From Escherichia coli (lineage in GTDB: Bacteria; Pseudomonadota; Gammaproteobacteria; Enterobacterales; Enterobacteriaceae), in NCBI RefSeq assembly GCF_030013595.1, contig NZ_CP122768.1: a DNA stretch of 64,000 bases. One strand, written 5' to 3'. Made by a program: the position numbers and the translations under genes. Shown here in pieces: positions 25,875 to 35,779 of this stretch (positions within the stretch are counted from its first letter, which is position 1; every line of letters begins with the position of its first letter). The notes under the pieces are model-generated. The model was not told the origin of the DNA, ran no database searches, and saw only the letters and a list, made by a program, of their open reading frames with translations.

Positions 25875-27368
25875 TTAGCCCCAGGTTACCGCTTCCGGTT
25901 TATCACCTCTGGCTTTCATTAATGAATCATTATCAATATCGGCTTTATACTTTAAGAACTTACCATACATTTGTTTTTCAATGTCTGGATTTTTACCTAT
26001 CTGATTAATGGTCTCAAAACGATCGGTTTTGAGGTTGTATAGATACTTTGGCTTATTGTTACGATCGATGATCATTTTCCAGTCACCATCACGTATCGCC
26101 CATTCGTCGGTTGGATCATCCTGGAATGGCATGTCAATTCCGAAGATTAATGGCTTTTCACGTTTTAGCGCCTTGTTCTCAAGGACAGGAACCAACGATT
26201 CGCCATCAAAAGTCCGGTCCGTCGGTAATTTGAAGTTCATCATTTTCGCCAGCGTAGGCATCCAGTCCAGACCATAAACAGGCGTATCTGAAACCATTCC
26301 CTTTGGAAGATGCTTTCCGTATTTAATAATCGCCGGAACACGGATGCCGCCTTCCCAGAGATTATCCTTGCGACCACGTAATCCATCAGTTTCCCCTGCC
26401 AAATTCAGTTCATAAACTTTACGTGCTTCACGGGTTACTGGGCCGTTATCACTGGTAAAAATAACGATGGTGTTATCTTCTTCACCCATCGCTTTGATTT
26501 TATCCAGTACTTTTCCAACCTGAGCATCCAGATAACTGATGTTGGCATAATATTCTCCTGGACCACGCCAGGGTTTATCCGCCCAGTCGCCATAAAATAA
26601 ATCAGGATGCTGCTTCTGATATTCGCTCATATATTGTGAGTACATGTCGAGGTATTTTTTGGGCGAAGCCAGGGGACTGTGCACTTCGGTAAAAGCGACA
26701 TAAAGGAAGAAAGGCTTACTGTCCTTTTTGTTATCCAACCAGTTGACGACTTCCGAACTGACATACTCACCACTCATTTTATCGGCACGAGGTGTGGGTT
26801 GCCCGTTACGCAACCAGCCCGTTGGATAGACCATGCCAAAACGGGGACGCTCCTTCGCATTATCCAGAGTAGCGTCGGTAACAAAACCCGCCGTATTAAC
26901 CAGTGAGTAATCAAAGCCCATATCTTTTGCCTGCGGCTGATCGGTGCGATCGCCGCCTGCATTCAGATGCAGCTTACCCATCATGGCCGTGTCGTACCCT
27001 TGCGCTTTGAGTAGATTAGCAATCGTGAGTTCATTACGCCCTAATGCCACATCTTTTCCCGTTGGGATCCATGAGCGTATGCCGGTACGAAATGGCATCC
27101 GCCCCGTTAATAACCCCGCCCGCGAAGGAGAACTTAAGGGAGCTGGTGCATAGTAGTCAGTAAATTTGACGCCCTCCTGGGCAAGCCTGTCAATATTGGG
27201 GGTTTTAACGATCTGATGTCCATATGTTGCTAAATCACCATAGCCTAAATCATCCGCCATAATGATGACTAAATTGGGTTGTTTAGTCTCGGCAGCTACG
27301 ACTGGATTAAAAGCATTCCCTGTGCAAACTGCAAGGCCGATCAAACTGGCCATTAATGTTTTCTGCAT
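25875..27368 (-). CDS. Periplasmic sulfatase, Ser-type (alkaline-phosphatase superfamily)
   Basis: Start placed at MQKTLMASLIGLAVCTGNA (signal peptide); sulfatase motifs LVIIMADDLGYGDL and S-S-P-S-R-AGLLTGR (27120-27134) with Ser at the formylglycine position. Confidence 0.8.
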   Translation of the reverse strand: MQKTLMASLIGLAVCTGNAFNPVVAAETKQPNLVIIMADDLGYGDLATYGHQIVKTPNIDRLAQEGVKFTDYYAPAPLSSPSRAGLLTGRMPFRTGIRSWIPTGKDVALGRNELTIANLLKAQGYDTAMMGKLHLNAGGDRTDQPQAKDMGFDYSLVNTAGFVTDATLDNAKERPRFGMVYPTGWLRNGQPTPRADKMSGEYVSSEVVNWLDNKKDSKPFFLYVAFTEVHSPLASPKKYLDMYSQYMSEYQKQHPDLFYGDWADKPWRGPGEYYANISYLDAQVGKVLDKIKAMGEEDNTIVIFTSDNGPVTREARKVYELNLAGETDGLRGRKDNLWEGGIRVPAIIKYGKHLPKGMVSDTPVYGLDWMPTLAKMMNFKLPTDRTFDGESLVPVLENKALKREKPLIFGIDMPFQDDPTDEWAIRDGDWKMIIDRNNKPKYLYNLKTDRFETINQIGKNPDIEKQMYGKFLKYKADIDNDSLMKARGDKPEAVTWG

Positions 27369-27387
27369 AATTATTCCCTGATGAAAA

Positions 27388-28149
27388 TTAGAAATCATAA
27401 CCAAGCATATAAATCATTTGATCGCCAAAACCATCGTAGCCCAACTTATTATCGAAATAACGCCACGTCACACTGGCTTTCCAGCGAGGATAGAACTTCC
27501 AGGCCACTGTTAAACCGCCATTTAGCCCATTCCGACCAAATTGTTGTTCCGCATAGGCATCATTTCTGTCCAGTTCTATTTCATTCCAGTTAGATAAAAC
27601 AAATTTTTCGTCAAATAACGTAAAAGGTAATACTGCTGTCCAGCCAACAACATAACCATTCCAGCCATTTGTTTGTCCATATTTGGCTGAGACGTAGTCT
27701 CCAGATTGATTATGTAATCCAATATACGGTTTAAAAAACCCCCATGAACCATTCCTGCCGAGGTAGCCCAAACCATAAAACATATCAAGATCGTCACCCC
27801 ATGAGTTATCCCATTGACCATAGATCTTGCCAAAGAAAGTCATATTGGAGTCAAAGAGTCTGACATGTGTCATAGCAGAAACGGTATGATTACGCCCCGC
27901 TACGGCATGGTTAAGCACATTGCTTTCATAAAATGAGTAAAACTCGGCTTCTTTAAAATTCACACCAAAGTCCGCAGTCACTTTCCATACTTCACCACGA
28001 TGAGTGTTAACGAAGCCACTATTCCAGTCAGCATAACCTGCATTTATTGAGCCAAAGGAACCTTTATATTCTAATGAAGAATATGCAGGAAGGTGATAGA
28101 AAATCGTTGTCAGGGCACACGCAATAAGAAGCCGTCTTTTGGCAGACAT
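27388..28149 (-). CDS. Outer-membrane channel, Tsx/OmpK-like family
   Basis: 253 aa, signal peptide, Trp/Tyr/Gly-rich beta-barrel composition, C-terminal ...MLGYDF resembling the Tsx terminus ...VGYNF; immediately upstream of the sulfatase. Confidence 0.6.
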   Translation of the reverse strand: MSAKRRLLIACALTTIFYHLPAYSSLEYKGSFGSINAGYADWNSGFVNTHRGEVWKVTADFGVNFKEAEFYSFYESNVLNHAVAGRNHTVSAMTHVRLFDSNMTFFGKIYGQWDNSWGDDLDMFYGLGYLGRNGSWGFFKPYIGLHNQSGDYVSAKYGQTNGWNGYVVGWTAVLPFTLFDEKFVLSNWNEIELDRNDAYAEQQFGRNGLNGGLTVAWKFYPRWKASVTWRYFDNKLGYDGFGDQMIYMLGYDF

Positions 28150-28665
28150 ATAATATGAATATGCTCTCCATTCATTGTTTTTATGGTTCCATAGAAATCA
28201 ATACATCAGATAATTCATTTTGATTAAGAACGACTCAGAAAGTATATTTAAAGGTGAATGGCAAAGCGTGATGGAGATCGCAGATTACTTTTACCCCCGG
28301 GTGTGGAGGTATCGTGTTTCAAAAAGTGTGTCTATTTTAAATATCACTCATTGATTTATAGACATTTTTTCCTTATAAAAAAACACTAAATTCTGTACAA
28401 GAATTATTTTGTATCTTCTACTACTTTCTCCAGTAATAACTCACCTTTCAGGCATAACTTAAATCTGCTTGTTCATAATCTCAATTTTTGTAAATGAAAA
28501 GGCACATAAGAGTTAAAATAAACAATGATCTAAAGATTAATTACGCAAAAATGCGAGGCGTCTTCAGGATTAGAATCGATAAAACAGAATGGGTTAAAGA
28601 GAGCGATATAATAGCGGCGGGTGCTTGAGGCTGTCTGTCTCAGGCATTAGCTGAACGGCAGATAG

Positions 28666-28720
28666 AGAAAAGCCCCGAGTGATATTTTACTATCAACCCG
28701 AGGCCCCCTATATGCAGAAC
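28666..28720 (-). ncRNA. sokC: sokC antisense RNA (type I antitoxin)
   Basis: Placed by positional correspondence to K-12 sokC overlapping the mokC start; not independently verified by structure. Confidence 0.4.
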
Positions 28721-28921
28721 ACATGTAGAGTGCCTCTTACTGACCGTAAGGTCAAGGAGAAGAGAGCAATGAAGCAGCATAAGGCGATGATTGTCGCCCT
28801 GATCGTCATCTGTATCACCGCCGTAGTGGCGGCGCTGGTAACGAGAAAAGACCTCTGTGAGGTTCACATCCGAACTGGCCAGACGGAGGTTGCTGTTTTC
28901 ACGGCTTACGAATCCGAGTAA
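28712..28921 (+). CDS. mokC: mokC, overlapping regulatory reading frame of hokC
   Basis: 69-aa frame MQNTCRVPLTDRKVKEKRA... ending at the hokC stop. Confidence 0.7.
   Translation: MQNTCRVPLTDRKVKEKRAMKQHKAMIVALIVICITAVVAALVTRKDLCEVHIRTGQTEVAVFTAYESE
28769..28921 (+). CDS. hokC: Hok-family membrane toxin HokC (Gef)
   Basis: 50-aa MKQHKAMIVALIVICITAVVAALVTRKDLCEVHIRTGQTEVAVFTAYESE, a Hok-family sequence. Confidence 0.85.
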   Translation: MKQHKAMIVALIVICITAVVAALVTRKDLCEVHIRTGQTEVAVFTAYESE

Positions 28922-28931
28922 GAGCAACGGC

Positions 28932-30293
28932 GGGGAGTGATCCCATAAGCGCTAACTTAAGGGTTGAACCATCTGAAGAATGCGACGCCTCGGTGCCTCG
29001 TTAAGACGATGCCTCGCGTTCTTCAATTGCGTTTTGTAGGCTGTCAGGGATACTGTCCCACGAATGGCCACCTGTAAGCTCCAGATGACCATTTTTGTTA
29101 TTCTCCACAACGAGTTAGTTCTTCTTTTCGGATCCGGCACTTCTGGGGGGAAATCCAGCGATGGCTGGATTATGTCGTCAATTAAAAATGCGGCGAGTAG
29201 ATTAGCAAATATCCACGCTTTCGCGAGTTCAGGTTCCTTTGCACGCAAAGCATCCAGGTGCAGCAAACTTTTGAGCCGCTTAAAAGCCAGTTCAATTTGC
29301 CATCGCAGACGGTAACAATCAGCCACTTGCTCTGCTGAATATTCATCTTCCGGTAATGATGTTAGCAATAGCACATGGCCCGCTGCTTCCAGCGTTTCCG
29401 CCTGAACTACTCGTCCTTTTCGACGATTCTCGCTGAGCAGTCGGGTTTTACTGATTAATGCTTTTTCGGGAGGAAGTGATACGGCAATGAGACGTGCCGG
29501 AAAGGGAGCTCCGGCTTTTTTATTACCTGAATTGCCTATCATTACAGTGGTTTCACCGTTCTTACCGCAATCCAGCCCGCGCAGAAAACCCATCATGTCA
29601 AAGCGCATTCCTTCTGCAGTTAACCAGCGCAATCCTCGCCAGTGAACCCGGACGATATAATCAGCTTCTCCAAAAGCAAGTGAGCGGATACATTCGGGAC
29701 GCGAACCGAATCCCCGGTCAGCAATGCGTATCTCGTCTGCCGTTTGCGCAAATCGGTCCAGCCGTTCAGCGTCTCTGCTGTCGGTTAGCTCAAAATCAGT
29801 GAACTGACAGGTATGAGGATCATATCCCATATGTAGTCGCCATTCAGCGCTGCCGCCCCCGGGCGCACTGATTGCTGTTCCATCGACAAGACGCAATCTC
29901 TTTCCGCTTGTACAACCCGTAACTGCGGCGCGTACAGCAAGTGTTTGTGCGGCAAGTATGCCAAACCAGTCGGCGGCATTCCGCAGCCGCTTCAGGAGAG
30001 CCACGTCAGATAATGTTGCAACGTCATGGAGCTGAGCCCATGCAGTGACTTCACGTAATGACATCCCCCCGGGGCCGTAAGCCAGCCCCAGACGTAGCAG
30101 AGTTGCAGCATCACGAATTTCGCGGCGGCGGGTTAGAGCCCCGGCATTACGTGCCGAAGTATCCAGTTCTTCGGGCTTACCAATATGGGCCAGAATTGCT
30201 GACCAGTTATCGTGAGAGTAATTCATCGGCACGTTAAATCATATCAGGCGTAATACCACAACCCTTAAGTTAGCGCTTATGGGAGTGATCCCC
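28932..30293. mobile_element. IS186 (IS4 family) insertion sequence, boundaries approximate (about +/-10 bp)
   Basis: Terminal inverted repeats GGGGAGTGATCCCATAAGCGCTAACTTAAGGGTTG (28932-28966) and reverse complement (30259-30293) flank one transposase ORF; about 10 bp after the hokC stop. Confidence 0.85.
28952..30226 (-). CDS. insL: IS186 transposase (IS4 family DDE), C-terminus variant relative to K-12 InsL
   Basis: MNYSHDNWSAILAHIGKPEELD...; Y-x2-R-x3-E-x6-K motif (YRLRWQIELAFKRLK) present; ORF runs 63 aa past DFPP. Confidence 0.75.
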   Translation of the reverse strand: MNYSHDNWSAILAHIGKPEELDTSARNAGALTRRREIRDAATLLRLGLAYGPGGMSLREVTAWAQLHDVATLSDVALLKRLRNAADWFGILAAQTLAVRAAVTGCTSGKRLRLVDGTAISAPGGGSAEWRLHMGYDPHTCQFTDFELTDSRDAERLDRFAQTADEIRIADRGFGSRPECIRSLAFGEADYIVRVHWRGLRWLTAEGMRFDMMGFLRGLDCGKNGETTVMIGNSGNKKAGAPFPARLIAVSLPPEKALISKTRLLSENRRKGRVVQAETLEAAGHVLLLTSLPEDEYSAEQVADCYRLRWQIELAFKRLKSLLHLDALRAKEPELAKAWIFANLLAAFLIDDIIQPSLDFPPEVPDPKRRTNSLWRITKMVIWSLQVAIRGTVSLTAYKTQLKNARHRLNEAPRRRILQMVQPLS

Positions 30294-30372
30294 GCCACTT
30301 TACAGGTGCTCGCATATCTTCAACGCACCCTATTTTTACCCAGGCCTGCCCACGGGCAGGCTTTTGGGGAGG

Positions 30373-31503
30373 TTAGCGGGTCAGGTCGTCAAAAAACTTC
30401 TTCACACCATCAAAGAAGCTCTTTGAGCGCGGGCTGTTGTGCTCGCCGGTTGGGCCACCGAAGCTTTCTTGCAGCTCTTGCAGCAGCTGTTTCTGCTTCT
30501 CGTTCAGGCCTACCGGTGTTTCGACGACAACGCGGCACAGCAAATCACCCTGTGCGCCACCGCGGACAGACTTGACGCCTTTACCGCGCATACGGAACAG
30601 CTTACCGGTCTGGGTTTCGCCAGGCACTTTCAGTTTGACGCGACCATCAAGGGTCGGTACTTCGATTTCGCCACCCAGCGCCGCCATAGCGAAGTTGATC
30701 GGGACTTCGCAATAGAGGTTGTTGCCTTCACGCTCGAAAATCGGGTGCTGTTTAACCTGAACCTGAACGTACAGATCGCCTGCCGGTGCGCCATGCTCGC
30801 CCGCTTCACCTTCGCCCGCAAGACGGATGCGGTCTCCAGTGTCCACCCCTGCCGGGATTTTAACGGACAGCGTTTTGCTGCGCTCAACACGACCATGACC
30901 ATGACATTTGTTGCACGGATCTTTGATCAGCGTACCCCGGCCCTGACAGTGTGGACAGGTCTGCTGCACGGCAAAGAAACCCTGGCGCATCTGCACCTGA
31001 CCAGAACCATGACAGGTCGGACAGGTCTGCGGCTGTGTACCTGGTTTTGCACCGCTACCGTGGCAAACGTCACACTCCTCCAGAGTCGGAATGCGGATCT
31101 CTTTGGTCACGCCACGTACAGCTTCTTCGAGGGTGAGCTCCATGTTATAGCGTAAATCAGCACCGCGCGCCGCACGTTGACGACCACGTCCGCCGCCAAA
31201 AATATCGCCGAAAACGTCACCAAAAATATCGCTGAAGTCTGCGCCGCCGCCGAAACCGCCGCCGCCCATGCCACCTTGCTCAAACGCAGCATGACCATAC
31301 TGATCGTATGCCGCACGTTTTTGCGAGTCGGTCAGAACTTCATAAGCTTCCTTGATCTCTTTAAATTTCGCCTCGGCCTCTTTATCACCCTGGTTACGGT
31401 CCGGGTGGTATTTCATGGCCAGGCGTTTGTAGGCCTTTTTGATTTCACGCTCTTCCGCTGTTTTGGAAACGCCTAAAATCTCGTAATAATCTTGCTTAGC
31501 CAT
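30373..31503 (-). CDS. dnaJ: Chaperone protein DnaJ
   Basis: [12 protein letters not shown]... J-domain, Gly/Phe-rich region, four CxxCxGxG zinc-finger repeats; 376 aa. Confidence 0.95.
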
Positions 31504-31591
31504 CTTTTTTAAATTGCCCCTAGATGAATGCACGGGCGGAGAGGAAATTCCCCTTCGCCCGTGTCAGTATAATTACCCGTTTATAGGGCGA

Positions 31592-33508
31592 TTATTTTTT
31601 GTCTTTGACTTCTTCAAATTCAGCGTCGACAACATCGTCATCTTTCGCGTTGTTTGCAGAAGCATCAGCACCGGCAGTCTGCTGCTGGGCATGTTGCTGC
31701 TGGGCGATTTCCATCAGTTTCTGGGAAACCTGTGCCAGTTCCTGCATTTTCGCTTCGATAGCGGCTTTGTCTTCACCTTTCAGAGCAGTTTCCAGTGCAG
31801 TCAGCGCAGACTCGATAGCAGTTTTGTCGTCAGCCGGCAGTTTGTCGCCTGCTTCTTCAACCTGCTTACGGGTGCTGTGCAGCAGATGGTCACCCTGGTT
31901 GCGAGTCTGTACCAGCTCTTCAAACTTACGGTCAGCTTCGGCGTTAGCTTCTGCGTCGCGTACCATTTTCTGGATTTCATCTTCGTTCAGACCAGAAGAA
32001 GCCTTGATGGTGATCTTCTGCTCTTTACCGCTGTTTTTATCTTTCGCGGAAACGTGCAGGATACCGTCAGCATCGATATCGAAGGTAACTTCGATCTGCG
32101 GCATACCGCGCGGTGCCGGGTTGATACCATCCAGGTTGAACTGACCCAGAGATTTGTTATCAGCCGCACGTTTACGTTCACCCTGCAGCACGTGGATGGT
32201 TACCGCAGACTGGTTGTCTTCAGCGGTAGAGAACACCTGGCTGTGCTTGGTCGGGATAGTGGTGTTTTTCGCGATCAGCGTCGTCATCACACCGCCCATG
32301 GTTTCGATACCCAGTGACAGCGGGGTAACGTCCAGCAGCAGTACGTCTTTTACGTCACCAGTCAGAACACCACCCTGAACAGCAGCACCGATTGCTACAG
32401 CTTCGTCCGGGTTAACGTCTTTACGCGGCTCTTTACCAAAGAACTCAGCAACTTTCTTCTGAACCATTGGCATACGAGTCTGACCACCAACGAGGATAAC
32501 GTCGTCGATATCAGATACGGACAGGCCAGCGTCCTGCAGTGCAACTTTCAGCGGCTCAATGGAACGGTTTACCAGATCTTCAACCAGGCTTTCCAGTTTC
32601 GCACGAGTCACTTTGATGTTCATGTGTTTCGGACCGGTCGCGTCTGCAGTGATGTACGGCAGGTTAACGTCGGTCTGCTGAGCGGAAGACAGCTCGATTT
32701 TCGCTTTTTCTGCCGCTTCTTTCAGGCGCTGCATTGCCAGCGGATCGTTGCGCAGGTCAATGCCCTGATCTTTCTTGAATTCTTCAACCAGGTAGTTGAT
32801 CAGACGGCTGTCGAAGTCTTCACCACCCAGGTGGGTATCACCGTTGGTTGCCAGAACTTCGAAGGTTTTTTCGCCGTCAACTTCGTCGATTTCGATAATA
32901 GAAATATCGAAAGTACCACCACCCAGGTCATAAACCGCGATAGTACGGTTGCCAGTACCTTTGTCCAGACCGTAAGCCAGCGCAGCTGCGGTCGGTTCGT
33001 TGATGATACGTTTTACTTCCAGACCAGCGATACGGCCTGCGTCTTTGGTTGCCTGACGCTGAGCATCGTTAAAGTATGCCGGTACGGTGATAACAGCTTC
33101 AGTTACCGGTTCACCCAGGTAATCTTCAGCGGTTTTCTTCATTTTTTTCAGCACTTCAGCAGAAATCTGCGGCGGTGCCATTTTCTGGCCTTTAACTTCG
33201 ACCCATGCGTCGCCGTTATCAGCAGCAATAATTTTGAACGGCATGATGGAAACATCACGCTGTACTTCTTCGTCCTGGAAGCGGCGGCCAATCAGGCGTT
33301 TAATCGCAAACAGGGTGTTTTGCGGGTTCGTCACTGCCTGACGTTTAGCCGGCTGACCAACCAGAGTTTCACCATCCTGGGTATAGGCAATGATAGAAGG
33401 CGTGGTGCGATCGCCTTCGGCGTTCTCCAGTACACGAGGAGTGGTGCCATCCATAATCGCTACACAAGAGTTGGTAGTACCCAGGTCGATACCAATTATT
33501 TTACCCAT
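31592..33508 (-). CDS. dnaK: Chaperone protein DnaK (Hsp70)
   Basis: 638-aa [21 protein letters not shown]...EEVKDKK. Confidence 0.95.
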
Positions 33509-33556
33509 CTAAACGTCTCCACTATATATTCGGTCATCATGTGGTTGTGAGTCTGT

Positions 33557-33658
33557 AATAGGGGCGAAACGTCTGGTTTCAACTGCCCAATTTCATTTTT
33601 TTGCAGACTCACTCACTGCGGTTGACTACTAAATGGGGTCGTAACCCACGTCATCAAG
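33557..33658 (-). promoter_or_regulatory. Sigma-32 heat-shock promoters of dnaK (two candidates)
   Basis: Minus-strand TTGAAAC...CCCCTATT (33557-33582) and CTTGATG-13 bp-CCCCATTT (33631-33658) match the sigma-32 consensus CTTGAAA / CCCCATNT. Confidence 0.55.
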
Positions 33659-33883
33659 GGGGAGATGCAAAAATTTTTTGTGCTTTTGCGCAGAAATTTC
33701 GCGATATGCCAGAACAAGACACGAAACTGACAGCAATTTTATTCATATAAAGAATGAATGACAGCCAAGACATTCATAGAAAAATTGTAATAAAAAGAAA
33801 ATATTACGTACCTGAATCTTCTCTTTATCAGCAGTAAACTAGTGGGTATTCATCCCCTACCTCTCCCCACTAAGAGAATCCTT

Positions 33884-34288
33884 ATGAAATCCGTTTTTAC
33901 GCTTTCCGCCAGCCTGGCGATTAGCCTGCTGCTGTGCTGCACGGCGCAGGCAAACAACCATAAAATCCTCGGCGTCATTGCGATGCCGCGTAACGAAACC
34001 AACGATCTGGCGCTGAAACTTCCTGTTTGTCGCATTGTTAAACGTATTCAACTCACTGCCGACCATGGCGATTTACAGTTAAGCGGTGCATCGGTTTATT
34101 TCAAAGCCGCCCGTAGCGCCAGTCAGAGCCTGAATATTCCTTCAGAAATAAAAGAAGGGCAAACCACTGACTGGATCAACATTAACAGCGATAACGACAA
34201 TAAACGCTGCGTCTCAAAAATCACCTTTTCCGGCCATACGGTGAACTCATCGGATATGGCCACGCTGAAAATTATCGGCGACGACTAA
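33884..34288 (+). CDS. yaaI: UPF0412 family protein YaaI (DUF2541)
   Basis: 134-aa secreted protein from [23 protein letters not shown]; divergent from dnaK. Confidence 0.8.
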   Translation: MKSVFTLSASLAISLLLCCTAQANNHKILGVIAMPRNETNDLALKLPVCRIVKRIQLTADHGDLQLSGASVYFKAARSASQSLNIPSEIKEGQTTDWININSDNDNKRCVSKITFSGHTVNSSDMATLKIIGDD

Positions 34289-34313
34289 CGCCAGAATATA
34301 GAAGCCACAAAAA

Positions 34314-35027
34314 ATGAATGTTAATTACCTGAATGATTCAGATTTGGATTTTCTCCAGCATTGTAGTGAGGAACAATTGGCAAATTTCGCCCGGCTGCTC
34401 ACTCATAATGAAAAAGGCAAAACTCGCCTCTCCAGCGTACTGATGCGCAACGAACTGTTTAAATCGATGGAAGGACATCCCGAGCAACACCGCCGAAACT
34501 GGCAGCTGATTGCCGGAGAATTACAACATTTTGGTGGCGATAGTATCGCCAACAAATTGCGCGGACACGGTAAATTGTATCGGGCCATTTTGCTCGATGT
34601 TTCAAAACGATTGAAGCTGAAAGCCGACAAAGAGATGTCTACGTTTGAAATTGAGCAACAGTTACTGGAACAATTTCTGCGTAATACCTGGAAGAAAATG
34701 GACGAGGAACATAAGCAGGAGTTTCTGCACGCGGTCGATGCCAGGGTGAATGAGCTGGAAGAGCTGCTGCCGCTGCTGATGAAAGACAAATTATTGGCAA
34801 AAGGCGTGTCGCATTTGCTTTCCAGCCAATTGACCCGCATTTTGCGCACCCACGCAGCAATGAGCGTACTTGGGCATGGTTTGCTGCGCGGCGCGGGGCT
34901 GGGAGGCCCTGTAGGCGCGGCACTAAATGGGGTTAAAGCGGTCAGCGGCAGCGCCTATCGAGTGACGATTCCAGCCGTACTGCAAATCGCCTGCCTGCGC
35001 CGGATGGTTAGTGCCACTCAGGTCTGA
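34314..35027 (+). CDS. yaaW: UPF0174 family protein YaaW
   Basis: 237-aa ORF in conserved position. Confidence 0.8.
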   Translation: MNVNYLNDSDLDFLQHCSEEQLANFARLLTHNEKGKTRLSSVLMRNELFKSMEGHPEQHRRNWQLIAGELQHFGGDSIANKLRGHGKLYRAILLDVSKRLKLKADKEMSTFEIEQQLLEQFLRNTWKKMDEEHKQEFLHAVDARVNELEELLPLLMKDKLLAKGVSHLLSSQLTRILRTHAAMSVLGHGLLRGAGLGGPVGAALNGVKAVSGSAYRVTIPAVLQIACLRRMVSATQV

Positions 35028-35175
35028 TACCGGAAACCGGGGAAAATTTTCATTTTCCCTTCAAAAGATCGTAGACACTGCCCCACTGGCTGATTATTAT
35101 GCCGCGCCCTGAAAACACTACAGTTATTCAGGGAAATTATTTCACCATTCATTCGATGATGATTTTTGAGGAATT

Positions 35176-35742
35176 ATGGGCAACACTAAGTTGGCTAATC
35201 CGGCACCGCTGGGCCTGATGGGCTTCGGCATGACCACCATTCTGCTTAACCTGCACAACGTGGGTTATTTCGCTCTGGACGGTATTATTCTTGCCATGGG
35301 CATTTTCTACGGCGGCATCGCGCAAATTTTTGCTGGTCTGCTGGAGTACAAAAAAGGCAACACTTTCGGTTTAACCGCATTCACCTCTTACGGTTCTTTC
35401 TGGCTGACGCTGGTTGCGATTCTGCTGATGCCGAAACTGGGTCTGACCGATGCGCCAAATGCACAGTTCCTTGGTGTCTACCTGGGTCTGTGGGGCGTAT
35501 TTACGCTGTTTATGTTCTTCGGCACGCTGAAAGGCGCACGCGTTCTGCAATTCGTTTTCTTTAGCCTGACCGTGCTGTTTGCCCTGCTGGCGATCGGTAA
35601 CATTGTCGGTAATGCCGCGATCATCCACTTTGCCGGCTGGATTGGTCTGATCTGCGGTGCCAGCGCAATCTATCTGGCGATGGGTGAAGTACTGAACGAG
35701 CAGTTTGGTCGCACCGTTCTGCCGATTGGTGAATCGCACTAA
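35176..35742 (+). CDS. satP: Succinate-acetate/proton symporter SatP (YaaH)
   Basis: 188-aa six-TM protein MGNTKLANPAPLGLMGFGMTTILLNLHN... Confidence 0.9.
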   Translation: MGNTKLANPAPLGLMGFGMTTILLNLHNVGYFALDGIILAMGIFYGGIAQIFAGLLEYKKGNTFGLTAFTSYGSFWLTLVAILLMPKLGLTDAPNAQFLGVYLGLWGVFTLFMFFGTLKGARVLQFVFFSLTVLFALLAIGNIVGNAAIIHFAGWIGLICGASAIYLAMGEVLNEQFGRTVLPIGESH

Positions 35743-35752
35743 TTGTTTTGAG

Positions 35753-35779
35753 ATCCCCCCGCTCGGGGGGATTTTTTTA
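35753..35779. terminator. Bidirectional rho-independent terminator between satP and mog
   Basis: GATCCCCCCGCTCGGGGGGAT palindrome flanked by T-run (plus) and A-run, between convergent genes. Confidence 0.6.

Noticed and set aside
34403-34849. 148-aa antisense ORF within yaaW (position of the K-12 mbiA/htgA annotation)
   Set aside because: Wholly embedded antisense to yaaW; the K-12 counterpart is itself a doubtful gene and the frame here appears shorter than I recall for it; not callable from sequence alone.
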